A stretch of DNA of 64,000 nucleotides, taken from positions 160,001-224,000 of the forward strand of contig CAWCKY010000001.1 in NCBI GenBank assembly GCA_963796275.1, given 5' to 3'. Origin of the DNA: an uncultured Acidobacteriota bacterium (GTDB taxonomy: Bacteria > Acidobacteriota > Blastocatellia > RBC074). Shown here piece after piece: positions 49,894-61,100 of the stretch (position 1 is the first letter of the stretch; every line of letters starts with the position of its first letter). The position numbers and the translations under genes are program-made. The notes below the pieces were generated by a model. It ran no database searches and had not been told where the DNA came from. It was given only the letters and a program-made list of their open reading frames with translations.

Positions 49894-52191
49894 TCAAAGC
49901 AATTTGTCGAGAGTTATGGGCAAATCGCGCACTCGCTTGCCGGTTGCGTGAAAAACTGCATTGGCGATTGCCGCCGCCGCCCCGGTAATTCCGATTTCAC
50001 CGATTCCGCGTGCGCCCAGAGGCGTATGCTGGTCGGGGATGTCGTTATAGATAACTTCAATGTGTGGCACGTCCAGATGAACCGGGACGTGATATTCGGC
50101 GAGGGATGGGTTCATTATTCGCCCTTTGCGTTCATCAAAGAGAGTCTCCTCCGTCAGAGCCATCCCGATTCCCATAATAATCCCGCCGCGAAACTGACTG
50201 ACGGCGGTTTTAGGATTCAATATCCTGCCGCAATCGAACGAGCCGAGCCAGCGTGAAACGCGCACTTCGCCCGTCTCCTCATTCACCCGGACTTCGCAAA
50301 ACTGCGCGCCGTAAGAAGCAATCGAATATTTCATCAGCTCCATCGGCATCCCAGAAGACGCTTCTACTTCAACAAAATCCTGCCCCGCCCTTTGCAAAAT
50401 GGCCGCGTAAGTTTCACCTCTGTTGCCTTCGCCGGCGCGGAAAAGCCCGCTGTCGCGCGCTTCTATTTGTTGGTATTTCGCACCCGAAAGCGGAGAATCG
50501 AAATCGTCTCCCGCGAGCTTGAGCAGTTCGCGTTGCGCTTTTTCAATTGCCGCATGTGCCGACGCGGCGATGCTCACGGTTTGACACGAGCCCCCGGCCA
50601 TAGGCGAATCGGGCAAATCGGAATCGCCGTAGTGAAACGAGACTTTATCGATCGGCAAACCCAGACGATCGGCGGCGTGCTGAAGCTGCACGGTCGCCGT
50701 CCCCATTCCCATTTCATTGGCAGACGCCTGTACTATTGCAGTGCCATCGGCAGAGATGCGAAGGCGAGCCGTCGCGGGAAAACGATAGAATGGATAATAA
50801 GCCGTCGCCACGCCGTGACCGATGAGCCATTTGCCATCGCGTTGTGAACGGGGCGCTGCTTTGCGCCCTCCCCAGCCGAATTTTTGCGCGCCGCGTTTAT
50901 AGGCCTCGATTAAATTCCGGCTCGAAAATTCCGTATCTTTCGTCGGGTCTTTTTCAGGCTCATTGATTCGGCGGAGTTCGATCGGGTCGATCTTCAATTG
51001 GTAGGCGAGCTCGTCGATTGCCGACTCCAATGCAAAAGTGCCGATCGATTCGCCCGGCGCACGCATCCAGGTATTGGCAACCGTGTCGAGATTGACGACT
51101 TTTTGTCCGACGAAAAGATTCTTCGCGGCATAGAGGTGCCGCGGAGGAAACGTGCATTGTTCAGCGTAACGGGCGTGAGTCGTCGTCGCCGTCGTGCCGG
51201 TATGAATGAGCGCGGTAAATTTTCCATCCCTGGTCGCTCCCAGGGCGACGCGCTGTTCCGCAATGGTGCGGCCGCCCACGATTCGAAAAACGCCTTCGCG
51301 CGAGAGCACCAGTTTGACGGGGCGATTGGCGACTTTAGCCGCCGCCGCACAGAGCGCGGTATTGTTCCACATTCCGCCCTTGCCGCCGAAGCCGCCGCCG
51401 ACAAAAGGCGCGATGACCTGAACTTTTTCGGGTTTGAGGCCGAATACTTGAGCGATCGTATGCTTGTTCTCTTTTACAGCCTGCGTCGACTCGAGAACCG
51501 TCAAACTACCATCATCGTTCCAAGCGGCGATCGTCGCATGCAGTTCAATAGCGTTGTGATTGTAGCGCGGCGTTCGGTAAATATTATCGACAGTGACATC
51601 TGCCTCCTCGAACCCTTTTTCGATATCGCCTGTTTTAACTTCGGCCGGTTCGCCCAAGATATCCGATGGTGCGACCGCTTCCGTCTTTATAGCATCGAAA
51701 GAGACGGCAGGCGTTTCCACCGCGTAATCGACGCGGACAAGCGACGCGGCATACACAGCCTGTTCGAGTGTTTCTGCGACTACTACCGCCACCGGCTGTC
51801 CGTCCCAATGAACTTTATCGTCTTGTAGTATTGGTAGATTGCTGGAGGCAAATCCTTTACCGACATCGTTCACGTCTAATAGCGGCGGCGCCTTCATTCT
51901 CGGCGCATTTTCGTGCGTTATCACCGCTATGAATCCCGACGCTTTTTCCGCTTCGGAAGCATCGATTCCCGTCACTCTCCCTTTAGCAATCGAGCTGTAG
52001 ACGAGCGCGCCATATGCCAAATTGTCGAACTTGAATTCAGCCGTAAACCGCGCCTCGCCTTTGACCTTCAATTGCCCGTCAACCCGGCTGAATGGCTCGC
52101 CGATGTAGCCATGTTTGTGAATGAGCGGGTCGGGCTCTTTGTCGGGCATAAACTTCAGAACCGTTTCTATAATTTTGCGCGAAACGCTCAT
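49894..52191 (-). CDS. paoC: Xanthine dehydrogenase family molybdopterin-binding subunit (PaoC/YagR-like)
   Basis: RVDGQLKVKGEARF, FVGGGFGGKG, WMRAPGE, EMGMGT, GRILNP and GARGIGEIG...RVRDLPITLDKLL. Confidence 0.9.
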   Translation of the reverse strand: MSVSRKIIETVLKFMPDKEPDPLIHKHGYIGEPFSRVDGQLKVKGEARFTAEFKFDNLAYGALVYSSIAKGRVTGIDASEAEKASGFIAVITHENAPRMKAPPLLDVNDVGKGFASSNLPILQDDKVHWDGQPVAVVVAETLEQAVYAASLVRVDYAVETPAVSFDAIKTEAVAPSDILGEPAEVKTGDIEKGFEEADVTVDNIYRTPRYNHNAIELHATIAAWNDDGSLTVLESTQAVKENKHTIAQVFGLKPEKVQVIAPFVGGGFGGKGGMWNNTALCAAAAKVANRPVKLVLSREGVFRIVGGRTIAEQRVALGATRDGKFTALIHTGTTATTTHARYAEQCTFPPRHLYAAKNLFVGQKVVNLDTVANTWMRAPGESIGTFALESAIDELAYQLKIDPIELRRINEPEKDPTKDTEFSSRNLIEAYKRGAQKFGWGGRKAAPRSQRDGKWLIGHGVATAYYPFYRFPATARLRISADGTAIVQASANEMGMGTATVQLQHAADRLGLPIDKVSFHYGDSDLPDSPMAGGSCQTVSIAASAHAAIEKAQRELLKLAGDDFDSPLSGAKYQQIEARDSGLFRAGEGNRGETYAAILQRAGQDFVEVEASSGMPMELMKYSIASYGAQFCEVRVNEETGEVRVSRWLGSFDCGRILNPKTAVSQFRGGIIMGIGMALTEETLFDERKGRIMNPSLAEYHVPVHLDVPHIEVIYNDIPDQHTPLGARGIGEIGITGAAAAIANAVFHATGKRVRDLPITLDKLL

Positions 52192-53183
52192 CGATTGCCT
52201 CCTTTTTCCGTCAATTCGCCTAGCACGCTGACGATAATTCGTTTGGCCAATTCGATTTTGAACCTGTTGTGAGCATAACCTTTCGCATCGGCGAGCTCGG
52301 CTTCCGCCGCACTTCTGAAGGTTTCTGCAGTTGCTGCCGCACCGGCTAAAACTTTTTCCCCTTTAAAAGCCCGCCAAGGTTTGTGCGCCACGCCGCCCAA
52401 CGCAAGGCGAACATTTTTAATCACACCGTTTTCTGTTTCCAATGCTGCCGCGACGCTGACTAAAGCGAACGCGTAACTCGCTCTGTCACGCACTTTTCGA
52501 TAGAGCGAATTTTTAGCAAAAGTGGCGCCGGGAATCTGGATTGAAGTAATCAGTTCATCGACCTGTAAAGCTGTTTCGATATGCGGTGTGTTTCCGGGCA
52601 AACGATGGAAGTCGTTAAACGCGATCGTTCGTTTGCCGCGCTTTCCTTCGACCTGGACTGTCGCATCGAGCGCGACAAGCGCTACACACATATCCGACGG
52701 ATGCGTTGCGATACAACTTTCAGAGGCCCCCAAAATCGCATGTATCCGGTTGAAGCCATCGATGGCATCACAACCCGAATTTGGCTGGCGTTTGTTGCAG
52801 TTCGCCTCGTCGTCATAAAAATAATAACAACGTGTGCGCTGCATCAGGTTTCCACCGACGGTCGCCATATTGCGAATTTGCCCGGACGCACCGAATAAAA
52901 TCGCCTGCGACAAGACCGGATAACGTTCTCGGATCAATCGATTATTGGCGACCTCTGTATTCTTAACCGCCGCGCCAACTTTAATTCCGCCATCCGCGGT
53001 TTCTTCGATCAGGTTAAACGGCAAGCCGGTGACATCGATAAGTGCATCGGGTTGCTCGATGTTCTCGCGCATCAGATCAACCAGATTCGTGCCTCCGCCC
53101 AGAAATTTTGCGTTCGCCTTCTGCGAAATTTGATCTACTGCCGTTTGTGCGGTCTCGGCTCTCGAGTAAGCAAAGTTTTTCAT
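52188..53183 (-). CDS. paoB: Xanthine dehydrogenase family FAD-binding subunit (PaoB/YagS-like)
   Basis: GGGTNLVDLM, GASGQIRNMATVGGNL, the 4Fe-4S Cys set (RCYYF..CNKR..GC..CIATHPSD), KVRDRASYAFALVS and GGVAHKPWR. Confidence 0.92.
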   Translation of the reverse strand: MKNFAYSRAETAQTAVDQISQKANAKFLGGGTNLVDLMRENIEQPDALIDVTGLPFNLIEETADGGIKVGAAVKNTEVANNRLIRERYPVLSQAILFGASGQIRNMATVGGNLMQRTRCYYFYDDEANCNKRQPNSGCDAIDGFNRIHAILGASESCIATHPSDMCVALVALDATVQVEGKRGKRTIAFNDFHRLPGNTPHIETALQVDELITSIQIPGATFAKNSLYRKVRDRASYAFALVSVAAALETENGVIKNVRLALGGVAHKPWRAFKGEKVLAGAAATAETFRSAAEAELADAKGYAHNRFKIELAKRIIVSVLGELTEKGGNR

Positions 53184-53752
53184 CGCACCTCCGTTTCAAG
53201 AGCCTCGCGGACGGCTTCACAAATGCCGACATACGCACCGCACCTGCAAAGATTGCCGCTCATTCTTTCTTTGATCTCTTCATCTGAAAATTCGATGACC
53301 GTTGCTCCCATGTCCTTCGTTACAGCGCTCGGCAACCCATCCTGAAATTCATTGAACATTCCGATTGCCGAACAAATCTGTCCGGGAGTGCAGTAACCGC
53401 ACTGAAAACCGTCGCGTTCGATGAACGCCGCTTGCAAAGGATGTAGGCCGCCGGTTTCAGCCAGCCCTTCGATCGTCGTAATTTCTCTCCCTTCGTATTG
53501 AACAGCTAACGCCAGACACGAGATGACACGTTGGCTGTCAGCCAAGACTGTACAGGCGCCGCACGCGCCTTGATCGCAACCTTTCTTCGTTCCCGTGAGC
53601 CCGATGTATTCGCGCAGAGCGTCGAGCACCGAAACACGAGGCTCGATCTGCAAATGGTAAGTCACGCCATTAATTTTTAAATTGATTGAAACTTTGGCGG
53701 GAGTTGTCCGAGCAACGGATCCAACCGCTCTGCCATTAAGTTCATCAGCCAT
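53180..53752 (-). CDS. paoA: Xanthine dehydrogenase family 2Fe-2S subunit (PaoA/YagT-like, no Tat signal)
   Basis: GTKKGCDQGACGACT, FQCGYCTPGQ and SGNLCRCGAY; GGAGGA RBS before the ATG at 53752; ATGA overlaps link the three subunit genes. Confidence 0.92.
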   Translation of the reverse strand: MADELNGRAVGSVARTTPAKVSINLKINGVTYHLQIEPRVSVLDALREYIGLTGTKKGCDQGACGACTVLADSQRVISCLALAVQYEGREITTIEGLAETGGLHPLQAAFIERDGFQCGYCTPGQICSAIGMFNEFQDGLPSAVTKDMGATVIEFSDEEIKERMSGNLCRCGAYVGICEAVREALETEVR

Positions 53753-54080
53753 ACTTCCTCCCTTCGCCCGATGCAATTGCCTGAGGCGTTGTAGCTAAAC
53801 CTCCGTGTACTAGGACTTATCGCCTGGTACACGATCGGCGTTTGCTACGCGGTTCGGATGATCATGTGGAGTACGAACACCAAGCCACAGCTTTATATAA
53901 GCTGTATATAAGTAAGCTCTTGATGAGTCCGTTGGGCTAAATATGGAGGAAGTAATTTAAATTACTAATTGGGATATCTACCTGGGAGAAACTATTCAGC
54001 GCCGAAGTATGAAACCGTAAAATTATCATGTCAAGCTGGTCGACCCAGTAGCCTTCGGCGCGCAATGTCAAGCGGAAAAT

Positions 54081-54360
54081 GTTTGGAGTTCCGCCTTCAG
54101 GCGGTCAGAAAGCAGATGGGGAAAGAGAAGACCGCGTAAACGCGGAACTCCAAGCGAAATCCTGTTTGGAGTTCCGCCTTCAGGCGGTCAGAAAATCGCG
54201 TGCGGAAAGGGAGACCGCGTAAACGCGGAACTCCAAACGAAATCCTGTTTGGAGTACCGCCTTCAGGCGGTCAGAAAATCGCGTGCGGAAAGGGAAGACT
54301 GCGTAAACGCGGAACTCCAAGCGAAATCTTGTTTGGAGTTCCGCTTTCAAGCGGTCAGAA
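54081..54360. repeat. BIME-like cluster of seven alternating GGAG-type REP palindromes (83-84 bp period)
   Basis: GTTTGGAGTTCCGCCTTCAGGCGGTC starts at 54081, 54164, 54247 and 54331, alternating with the inverted GACCGCGTAAACGCGGAACTCCAA. Confidence 0.85.
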
Positions 54361-54377
54361 ATCTCATTGGGTACTAC

Positions 54378-54875
54378 TTAAGTAATTGATGGCTCATCCG
54401 CAGACGGTCCGTAAATAGAAGGCACCTTGCCTCCCATGGGCCGTAAATAGGCCGAGAGCTGTCCCCGATGGTGGATCGCATCGAAGAGGATGAACCAGAG
54501 AAAACCGCCAACCGGTTGCTCCCAAACGACCTTCCCCTCGTAATAAAACTGCGCCACCCGATCCCAGGATGATTCATCCAAATGGCTGACTCTATCGATC
54601 AATTCGCTCGACCATTGCTCGTACATCTTTATCATCTCGTCCAAAGGTGGCGGTTGGACATTCTTCCACTCGGCTTTGTTTTCAATGACGACATCCAAAC
54701 ATGACTTCAGTTCTGCTGTGAGAGTCCAGACGAGTTGTTCTGCTGATGGAGAACGTTCGTGTGGCTTATAACTGAGTTGGTCTTGGGGGAGCGCTTTAAG
54801 CACACGCAAAAAGACCGGGGCTTCTGCTTTTAGTCGTTCCAAATAGTAATCACGAAGTATCATTTCTATCTCCAT
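54378..54875 (-). CDS. DinB family protein
   Basis: LSYKPHERS and DAIHHRGQLSAYLRPMGGKVPSIYGPSAD motifs. Confidence 0.9.
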   Translation of the reverse strand: MEIEMILRDYYLERLKAEAPVFLRVLKALPQDQLSYKPHERSPSAEQLVWTLTAELKSCLDVVIENKAEWKNVQPPPLDEMIKMYEQWSSELIDRVSHLDESSWDRVAQFYYEGKVVWEQPVGGFLWFILFDAIHHRGQLSAYLRPMGGKVPSIYGPSADEPSIT

Positions 54876-54975
54876 TCGTTAGCTGATAGTTCTTTTAATT
54901 ACACGCAATGAAAGAATTTCGAAAACCATGTGCCATGGATGTCTACCAAGCAAATCAATATCCTGGTGATGATTC

Positions 54976-56298
54976 TCAGGCTTCCTTCAAGATTTGACTT
55001 AACGCCGAGACAGTTCGATCGATCTCTTCCATTGTGTTGTAGATATGCGGGCAGAAACGGACTCCGCCGGTGGCTGCCGCGGCTATTCGGTGTTTGGAAT
55101 ACAGCAGCTCATAAATCTTCCGGCTGTCTTTTCCATCAAATGTTAAGATGCAAACGCCAGCGCTCAATTCAGGCCTGGATGATGTCAGCAGCCTGGCGGT
55201 CGGAAGCTTGGAGCAACCATCTTTTAACGCCGCCGCCAACACACGGATACGCGCCTCGATTCGGGCCGGGCCAATCAGGTTATGAAAATCCACCGCAGTA
55301 CCCATTGCCGATACCGCGGCGTCGTCGCGCTGACCCAGCGTCTCGAATTTGCGCGCGCCTTTCAACGCTGTCTCGACTTTATCACCCCACCCGACTCCGA
55401 CCACGCTCGGCCATATCTCGCCTATACGTTCGCGCCGTACGTAGAGCAAACCCGCCTCCTTCGGCCCCATAAACCATTTGTGAGCGCTTCCTGAGTAGGA
55501 GTCGCACCCCAGTTCGTGAAGGTCGATCTTGAGCGAACCGAACGTTTGTGCGCCGTCAACGTGACTGTAGATGCCTCGTTCGCGGGCTATCCGGCACAAC
55601 TCTTTGCTCGGCAATTTCACTCCCGTTGTGTTCGAAACATCTGTGATAGACAAAACCTTGGTCTTAGGCGAGAGAGCCGTCTGAAAAATCTTGAGCATCT
55701 CATCAACGCTTTCCGGCGGATTCCTTAGACTTACCCGTTTGACAGTGAACCCGATACGAGCAGCTTGCACGTCCCATGCGATATTGTTGGTCGGATGATT
55801 CTGGTCGAAGATGACAACTTCATCGCCCGCTTTCAATTTGAGGCCGTTAACTATGATGTTGTTGGCTTCAGAGGTGTTTCTGACGATGGCGATCTCATCA
55901 TCGGATGCAGTCAGCAAAGCCGCCAGTTTATGGCGGGCTTCCTCCCTGAACGTCTCGAATTTGGCGCGACTCTGAAACGAGACATCGGCGTCGAGATCGT
56001 CGCCGAGGCGAAAAACACTCTCTCTGACCATATGCGGCGAGGGGCAGAGGTTTGCCGCGTTGAGCATGATGTAGTTCGGTTTGATCGGAAACTGCCCTTT
56101 AACGAGCCGCCAGTACGATTCGTTTGTGGAATCTCCGTCGGTCAGTTTTTCAGACACTCTTGAAAGAGCATCTCTTGACCCCTCTCGGCTTAACGAGGGA
56201 AGAATCGGAAATGCGGCCACGCTTCCGGCAAGACCTCTTATAAAAGTACGGCGATTTGAGGACGGTGAGAATCGATCGTATTTTTCTGTGTATTTCAT
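54976..56298 (-). CDS. Tat-exported class V PLP-dependent aminotransferase (isopenicillin-N epimerase / cysteine desulfurase-like)
   Basis: NRRTFIRG Tat motif; [25 protein letters not shown] (PLP lysine) and [10 protein letters not shown]; GGAGG RBS. Confidence 0.9.
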   Translation of the reverse strand: MKYTEKYDRFSPSSNRRTFIRGLAGSVAAFPILPSLSREGSRDALSRVSEKLTDGDSTNESYWRLVKGQFPIKPNYIMLNAANLCPSPHMVRESVFRLGDDLDADVSFQSRAKFETFREEARHKLAALLTASDDEIAIVRNTSEANNIIVNGLKLKAGDEVVIFDQNHPTNNIAWDVQAARIGFTVKRVSLRNPPESVDEMLKIFQTALSPKTKVLSITDVSNTTGVKLPSKELCRIARERGIYSHVDGAQTFGSLKIDLHELGCDSYSGSAHKWFMGPKEAGLLYVRRERIGEIWPSVVGVGWGDKVETALKGARKFETLGQRDDAAVSAMGTAVDFHNLIGPARIEARIRVLAAALKDGCSKLPTARLLTSSRPELSAGVCILTFDGKDSRKIYELLYSKHRIAAAATGGVRFCPHIYNTMEEIDRTVSALSQILKEA

Positions 56299-57471
56299 CC
56301 TTAACCTCCATGACGATCGGATTGATCCAGCTGACCATTCATTCGTACGCTCGGATAATACTAGCCCAATTTTAGGTCAAATCTTGTGAAAATAAATGTC
56401 GCTCTCGAATGAAGAGAGTCGGTGTGCAAATTAATAGCCAGAGGAACACGTTAATTTGCGCGTACAAAAATTATTATTCAAATTTCTTATTCTCTTGCCT
56501 TGTTCCGATTCAATGTTCAGAATATCCCCGCAACTCAGTGGCGTATGCAGGTGGGGGCCAGACGCATGACATCATCGAGGTCGCTAGGACCTCGTGGTAG
56601 AGCATTTCAAATACGTCCATTCAGGCGATGTGAGGCAATTGTCAGTCTTAGTCGGAGAAGTGGTTCAGCAGGTATCTAGGTACGCCATGGCTGAATCTTG
56701 AGCTTTTTATTACACCGATGAGTTCAGGGATAGGATTGTTCCTGGAGCCGGCCGGGTGACGCAGCAATAGTTTGGACCGATCGAATAGAGATCGGGGTGC
56801 TAATGATGTTGCGTTCAGCATTTTTCTACCATCGCCGTCAGTATTCATCAAATTTTGGTAAGCCCGCTGCAAGGCTGGTTGAAATTGAACCATGCATTGC
56901 AGCGGGAGTTTGCGCATCTCGCGCTGCTGAGGACGTCGTGTTAAATCTAACGCTGTTCTGAGCGGAAATTGAATTTTGAAGATTGCAATGATCAACCTGA
57001 TGGGGTAAGGACATGTTATAAAACCGACCTCCAGCTCAGGATCGTTAATTCATCTCTCCCAGTTCAATTTAGTATGTTCAGATTGTTCAGTACGATCATT
57101 GTGTTAATTAGGTTCAGTAAAAGGCCGAGCTGACTGTAGCAACAGGTGGCCGATTTTTTTCAATTGGAGACCGTCATATTGTTTATGTTTCGGTATCTCT
57201 CAATCTTTTATGTAATGAATCGTCAGATAATTTCGTATCTAATATAGAAATATTTTTATAGAAATATTTTGTAGCGATAGAGGCTGATTTTTAACATTTG
57301 TGACCCAGGACCGCTGATTTATATAATAGTTTGCGATCATTACTGGTTTGACCTGATGCTCGGCTTTAATCTCAACTCATGAATCTGGGGCGCGGCGACA
57401 CACTATCAACTCATCCGCGCAATGGTCAGTGTTGCTGAATCTTTTCATCATCCCCCGACCTTCCGGAGCGA

Positions 57472-58026
57472 ATGAAAGACTGGGATCTCTTCTATAAATG
57501 GCTGAACCCTGATCCAGACCTCGCAGCGTCTGAATACACGAGGCTTCGACGCCTGCTGATCTCCTTTTTCAAAGGCCGGTTTTGCGCCGACGCCGAAGGA
57601 TTGGCCGATCAGACGATCGAGCGGGTCGCACAACTGCTGCCCAAATACGGTAATGAACTGCCCAGCTACCCTCGCCGCTTTTGTTATGGTGTCGCCCGAT
57701 ACATTTATAAAGAATACTTGCGCAATGAAGTTTCCAGGAATACAGGGGAACTGCCTGACTTATCGCCTGCCACCTATGATTCCGAGTTGGCCGTAGAGAA
57801 AGAGGCGTTGGACAGGTGTCTTCATCATTGTTTGGGGGGGCTCGACAACCAGAAACGGGAAATGTTCATTCGCTATTACCTTGTCAGCTCGGAAGAGAAG
57901 AGCGTTCTTCACCAAAAGATGGCCGAGGAGATGGGTATCTCGATCACTGCGCTGCGCCTGCAAATACTTCGTATCAAAGAGAAACTGCGTGCCTGCATTA
58001 CTGAATGTCGGCAGCGGGAGGGTTGA
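57472..58026 (+). CDS. ECF-type RNA polymerase sigma-70 factor
   Basis: 184 aa; sigma2-like (DAEGLADQTIERV, FCYGVARYIYKEYLR) and sigma4-like (CLGGLDNQKREMFIRYY, MAEEMGISITALRLQILRIKEKLRAC) regions; GGAG RBS. Confidence 0.88.
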   Translation: MKDWDLFYKWLNPDPDLAASEYTRLRRLLISFFKGRFCADAEGLADQTIERVAQLLPKYGNELPSYPRRFCYGVARYIYKEYLRNEVSRNTGELPDLSPATYDSELAVEKEALDRCLHHCLGGLDNQKREMFIRYYLVSSEEKSVLHQKMAEEMGISITALRLQILRIKEKLRACITECRQREG

Positions 58027-58052
58027 GTTTAATGAAGAGTTTAAAATATAGA

Positions 58053-58082
58053 TGAAATTTTTACCCACCGCCTGTCATATAT
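58053..58082 (+). promoter_or_regulatory. Putative ECF sigma promoter TGAAATTTTT-N9-CTGTCATATAT
   Basis: Same motif and spacing recur at 61936..61965; lies between the sigma and CHAT genes. Confidence 0.6.
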
Positions 58083-58160
58083 TTCTGGATAGCAAATGCC
58101 CATGACGTACCTACCCCTCCCATTTATAAACTAGCTGTAACTTTGGCAAAAGAGCTAGCT

Positions 58161-61100
58161 ATGGATACACGATCGGAACAAGATAATCTATTCAGATGGT
58201 ATCTGCTTGGTGCTACTTCACCCGAAGAAGATGAACAGATAGAGCAGCGCCTGCGGAACCAAGAAATCAATGATGAGTTGCTGCTCGCCGAAGAAGAGCT
58301 GATCGACGATTACGCTCGCGGTTTGCTGCCTCTATATGAACGCGAATTGTTCGAAGAGAATTTTCTTACAACGCCCGAACGGCTGAAGAACTTGCTGATG
58401 GCGCAAGCAGCGGTTCGATATGCGGCAATCCAAAATGTACCGACACCGGAAGAACTTACAGATTTATCCACCAGTACGGTGGATGAACGCGGGGCGGAAC
58501 GGTTGCCTGATCCTTCCAGTCCGGTCGCGGCGACTCGAGAGACTCGACGGAGCGACTGGTGGCAAGTGTTATTTGAACACCGTTGGAAGATCGCTACCTA
58601 TGCAAGTCTGCTTCTGGTAATCGGGTTAGGGAGTCGGTGGGTGCCGGGGCTGCTTAGTGACTCGGAAGTAGCCAGGGGGCTGACCGCTTTGAACAATGCT
58701 TTTCGCGAACAACGGCCGACCGAGGCCCGAATGACAGGATTTGGTTATGCCCTTTCCAACGTAACCCGCGGCGGTCAAGCGGGGAATCAAAAAGAAGTGG
58801 CCGATTATCTCCAGTTGGAAGAAGCTGAATTGCTCTTGCGAAAGGCTGCGAGAGAAAAAGAGGGTGCTGAAACACTCCACGCATTGGGCAAGTTGTACCT
58901 GGCCAAGAGGGAATTCGATAAGGCTATAGAACAATTCGAAAAAGCGATCACCTATAACCCTAATAACGCGCAAACGCACAGCGATTTGGGAGCCGCACTG
59001 GTCGAGAAGCTAAAAAAATCCGGAGACCGGATGAGAGACAGGCCGGAAGCCGTTGATAAGGCGTTTTCTCACATCAACAGAGCACTGGAATTGGACGAAA
59101 ATTTGCTCGAAGCGCTCTTCAACCGTGCGCTGTTATATCAACTCCAGAATCTGTATGGACCAGCGCGAGAAGCGTGGAAGAAATATCTCGAGAAGGATAG
59201 TAGCTCCAGGTGGGCAGAGGAAGCTAATGCATACCTCAAAGAGTTACAACAGAAATCATCAAGCAGTGGCGAGGAAAAATACGAAGGCCTATACCGTGAT
59301 TTTCTGCAAGCTAGAGGGACTGGAGAAGATGATAAAGCCTGGCGGTTATACAATGATAGCTATCAGCGTCATGGAAACTACATCACCAATAAGTTAATCG
59401 ACGAGTTTCTTGAGTTCTCAAAAGAAGATAAACAGCAGGAAGCAGAAGATCGCATCCAGACAGTTGAATACATAGCGCGTTTATCCCAGCAGAAATCGGA
59501 AGATCTTTTTCTTTCCGACTTGGCTTCAGCTTATCGTCAAGCGAATAAAGGGCAACGTGAAATGCTCGCACAAGGCCGAAGCTTACGGCAGTCAGCATAT
59601 GATCTAAGTTTCAACAAGTCTCAACACCAAAAGGCTATCGATGCTTACCTCAAGGCTAAAATTCTTTTTACACAGGGGCAGGCGCCTCCGGAAGTGATCA
59701 CTGCAGAATATTGGATAGCCGAGGCCTTTCTGAGACAGTCTAATCACAATAAAAGTCTGATGGGTTTATTATCGGTTGCTGAAACCTGTGAGCGCCAACG
59801 CTATCGTTGGCTGCGAGCACTTAGCTTCAATCGCATTGCTGGCGTACTTGGCGATCAGTTCTCATACTCTGAAGCCTTGCGGTACTGTTTCGAATCGGCG
59901 AGTGAGTTCTCACTTATTGGCGATAAGAGTGGGCAGTTGAGAGCATTGATCAATCAGGCAAGCCTTTATAGATTTGTAGGTAAATACCATGACGCTCTGA
60001 ATCTTTGTAAAAGCTCCTGGCATCTGGCGAATGAAGTGGCAGCGGATGACCGTTGGACCATAATTCTATATGCGATCGCCGGTTGGAGCTACTATAGACT
60101 TGGGCTTTACTCCGCTGCACTTGAATTTCAAAAAGAGTCAGTGAGGATAGCGGAGAAGATAGACGTACCTCAAGCGATCTCGCGTTATAGCGTCTATGCA
60201 GGACTCATCTATAGCAGATTGAAAGATTATGACACGGCGATTTCATCTATTGAACGCGGGCTGAACATAGGTCAGCAACAGAAACACTCATCTGCCGACC
60301 AGGATATGATCAACTATGCACGACTGTATCTTGGTCAGGTCTACCGCGAAGCGGGAAGGCCTGCTGAAGCAATAAAAGTTCATGAGCAGGCAGCTGAGTT
60401 CTATAGGAAGAGCGGATGGGAGGCGAATTCCTATATAACTGCAAAGGAAATTTTGCTTGACCAAATTGCATTGGGTGATATCTCCTCCGCCCATCGACAA
60501 CTCGGTCTTGTATTAGAATTCCTCGAAGAACACCGAAAGAAGATCCTCCAACAGAGCTATCGCAACAGCTTCTTCGACATGGAACAAGGCGTGTATGACA
60601 TTGCGATCGGCTTTGCTTATGAAACTCTGGACCAACCTGAGCAGGCGTTTGATTACTCTGAATTGAGCCGAGCCAGATCCCTGCTCGACTCCGCGACATT
60701 GACCAGTCAAATAATTAACGATCTCGCAATTCCCGAAGAGGTACTCTCAGGTTCGACTCGCCCAATGACACTCGCTGAGATTCAGCCCCACATTCCAGTG
60801 GAGACTCAAATCCTGCAATATGCAGTGCTCAAAGATCGTGTGGTTGCCTGGGTTGTTACCAGAGAGCGGGTTGAGAGTCGCGCAATCGCGCTCGATGCAG
60901 AGGAACTGTCTACCAGGGTGAAGGCCTATTTGAGTCAGGTATCAAAGCCCGCCGCCGAAGTCGATCAGAGTCTGCGCAAAATGTCTTCTGCGCTCTATCA
61001 GAGTCTCATCGCTCCGGTCGAAAACTTACTGGATAAGAAACGAAAGCTTTGCATTGTAGCCGACAAGATTCTCAATTTTTTGCCCTATAGTTCCCTGATC

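Noticed and set aside
54081-54360. CRISPR array
   Set aside because: Repeats alternate in orientation, linkers are near-identical rather than unique spacers, and no cas genes are present; it is a REP/BIME cluster.
56648-56995. 115-aa ORF upstream of the sigma gene
   Set aside because: Non-ATG start, no RBS and no recognisable motif.
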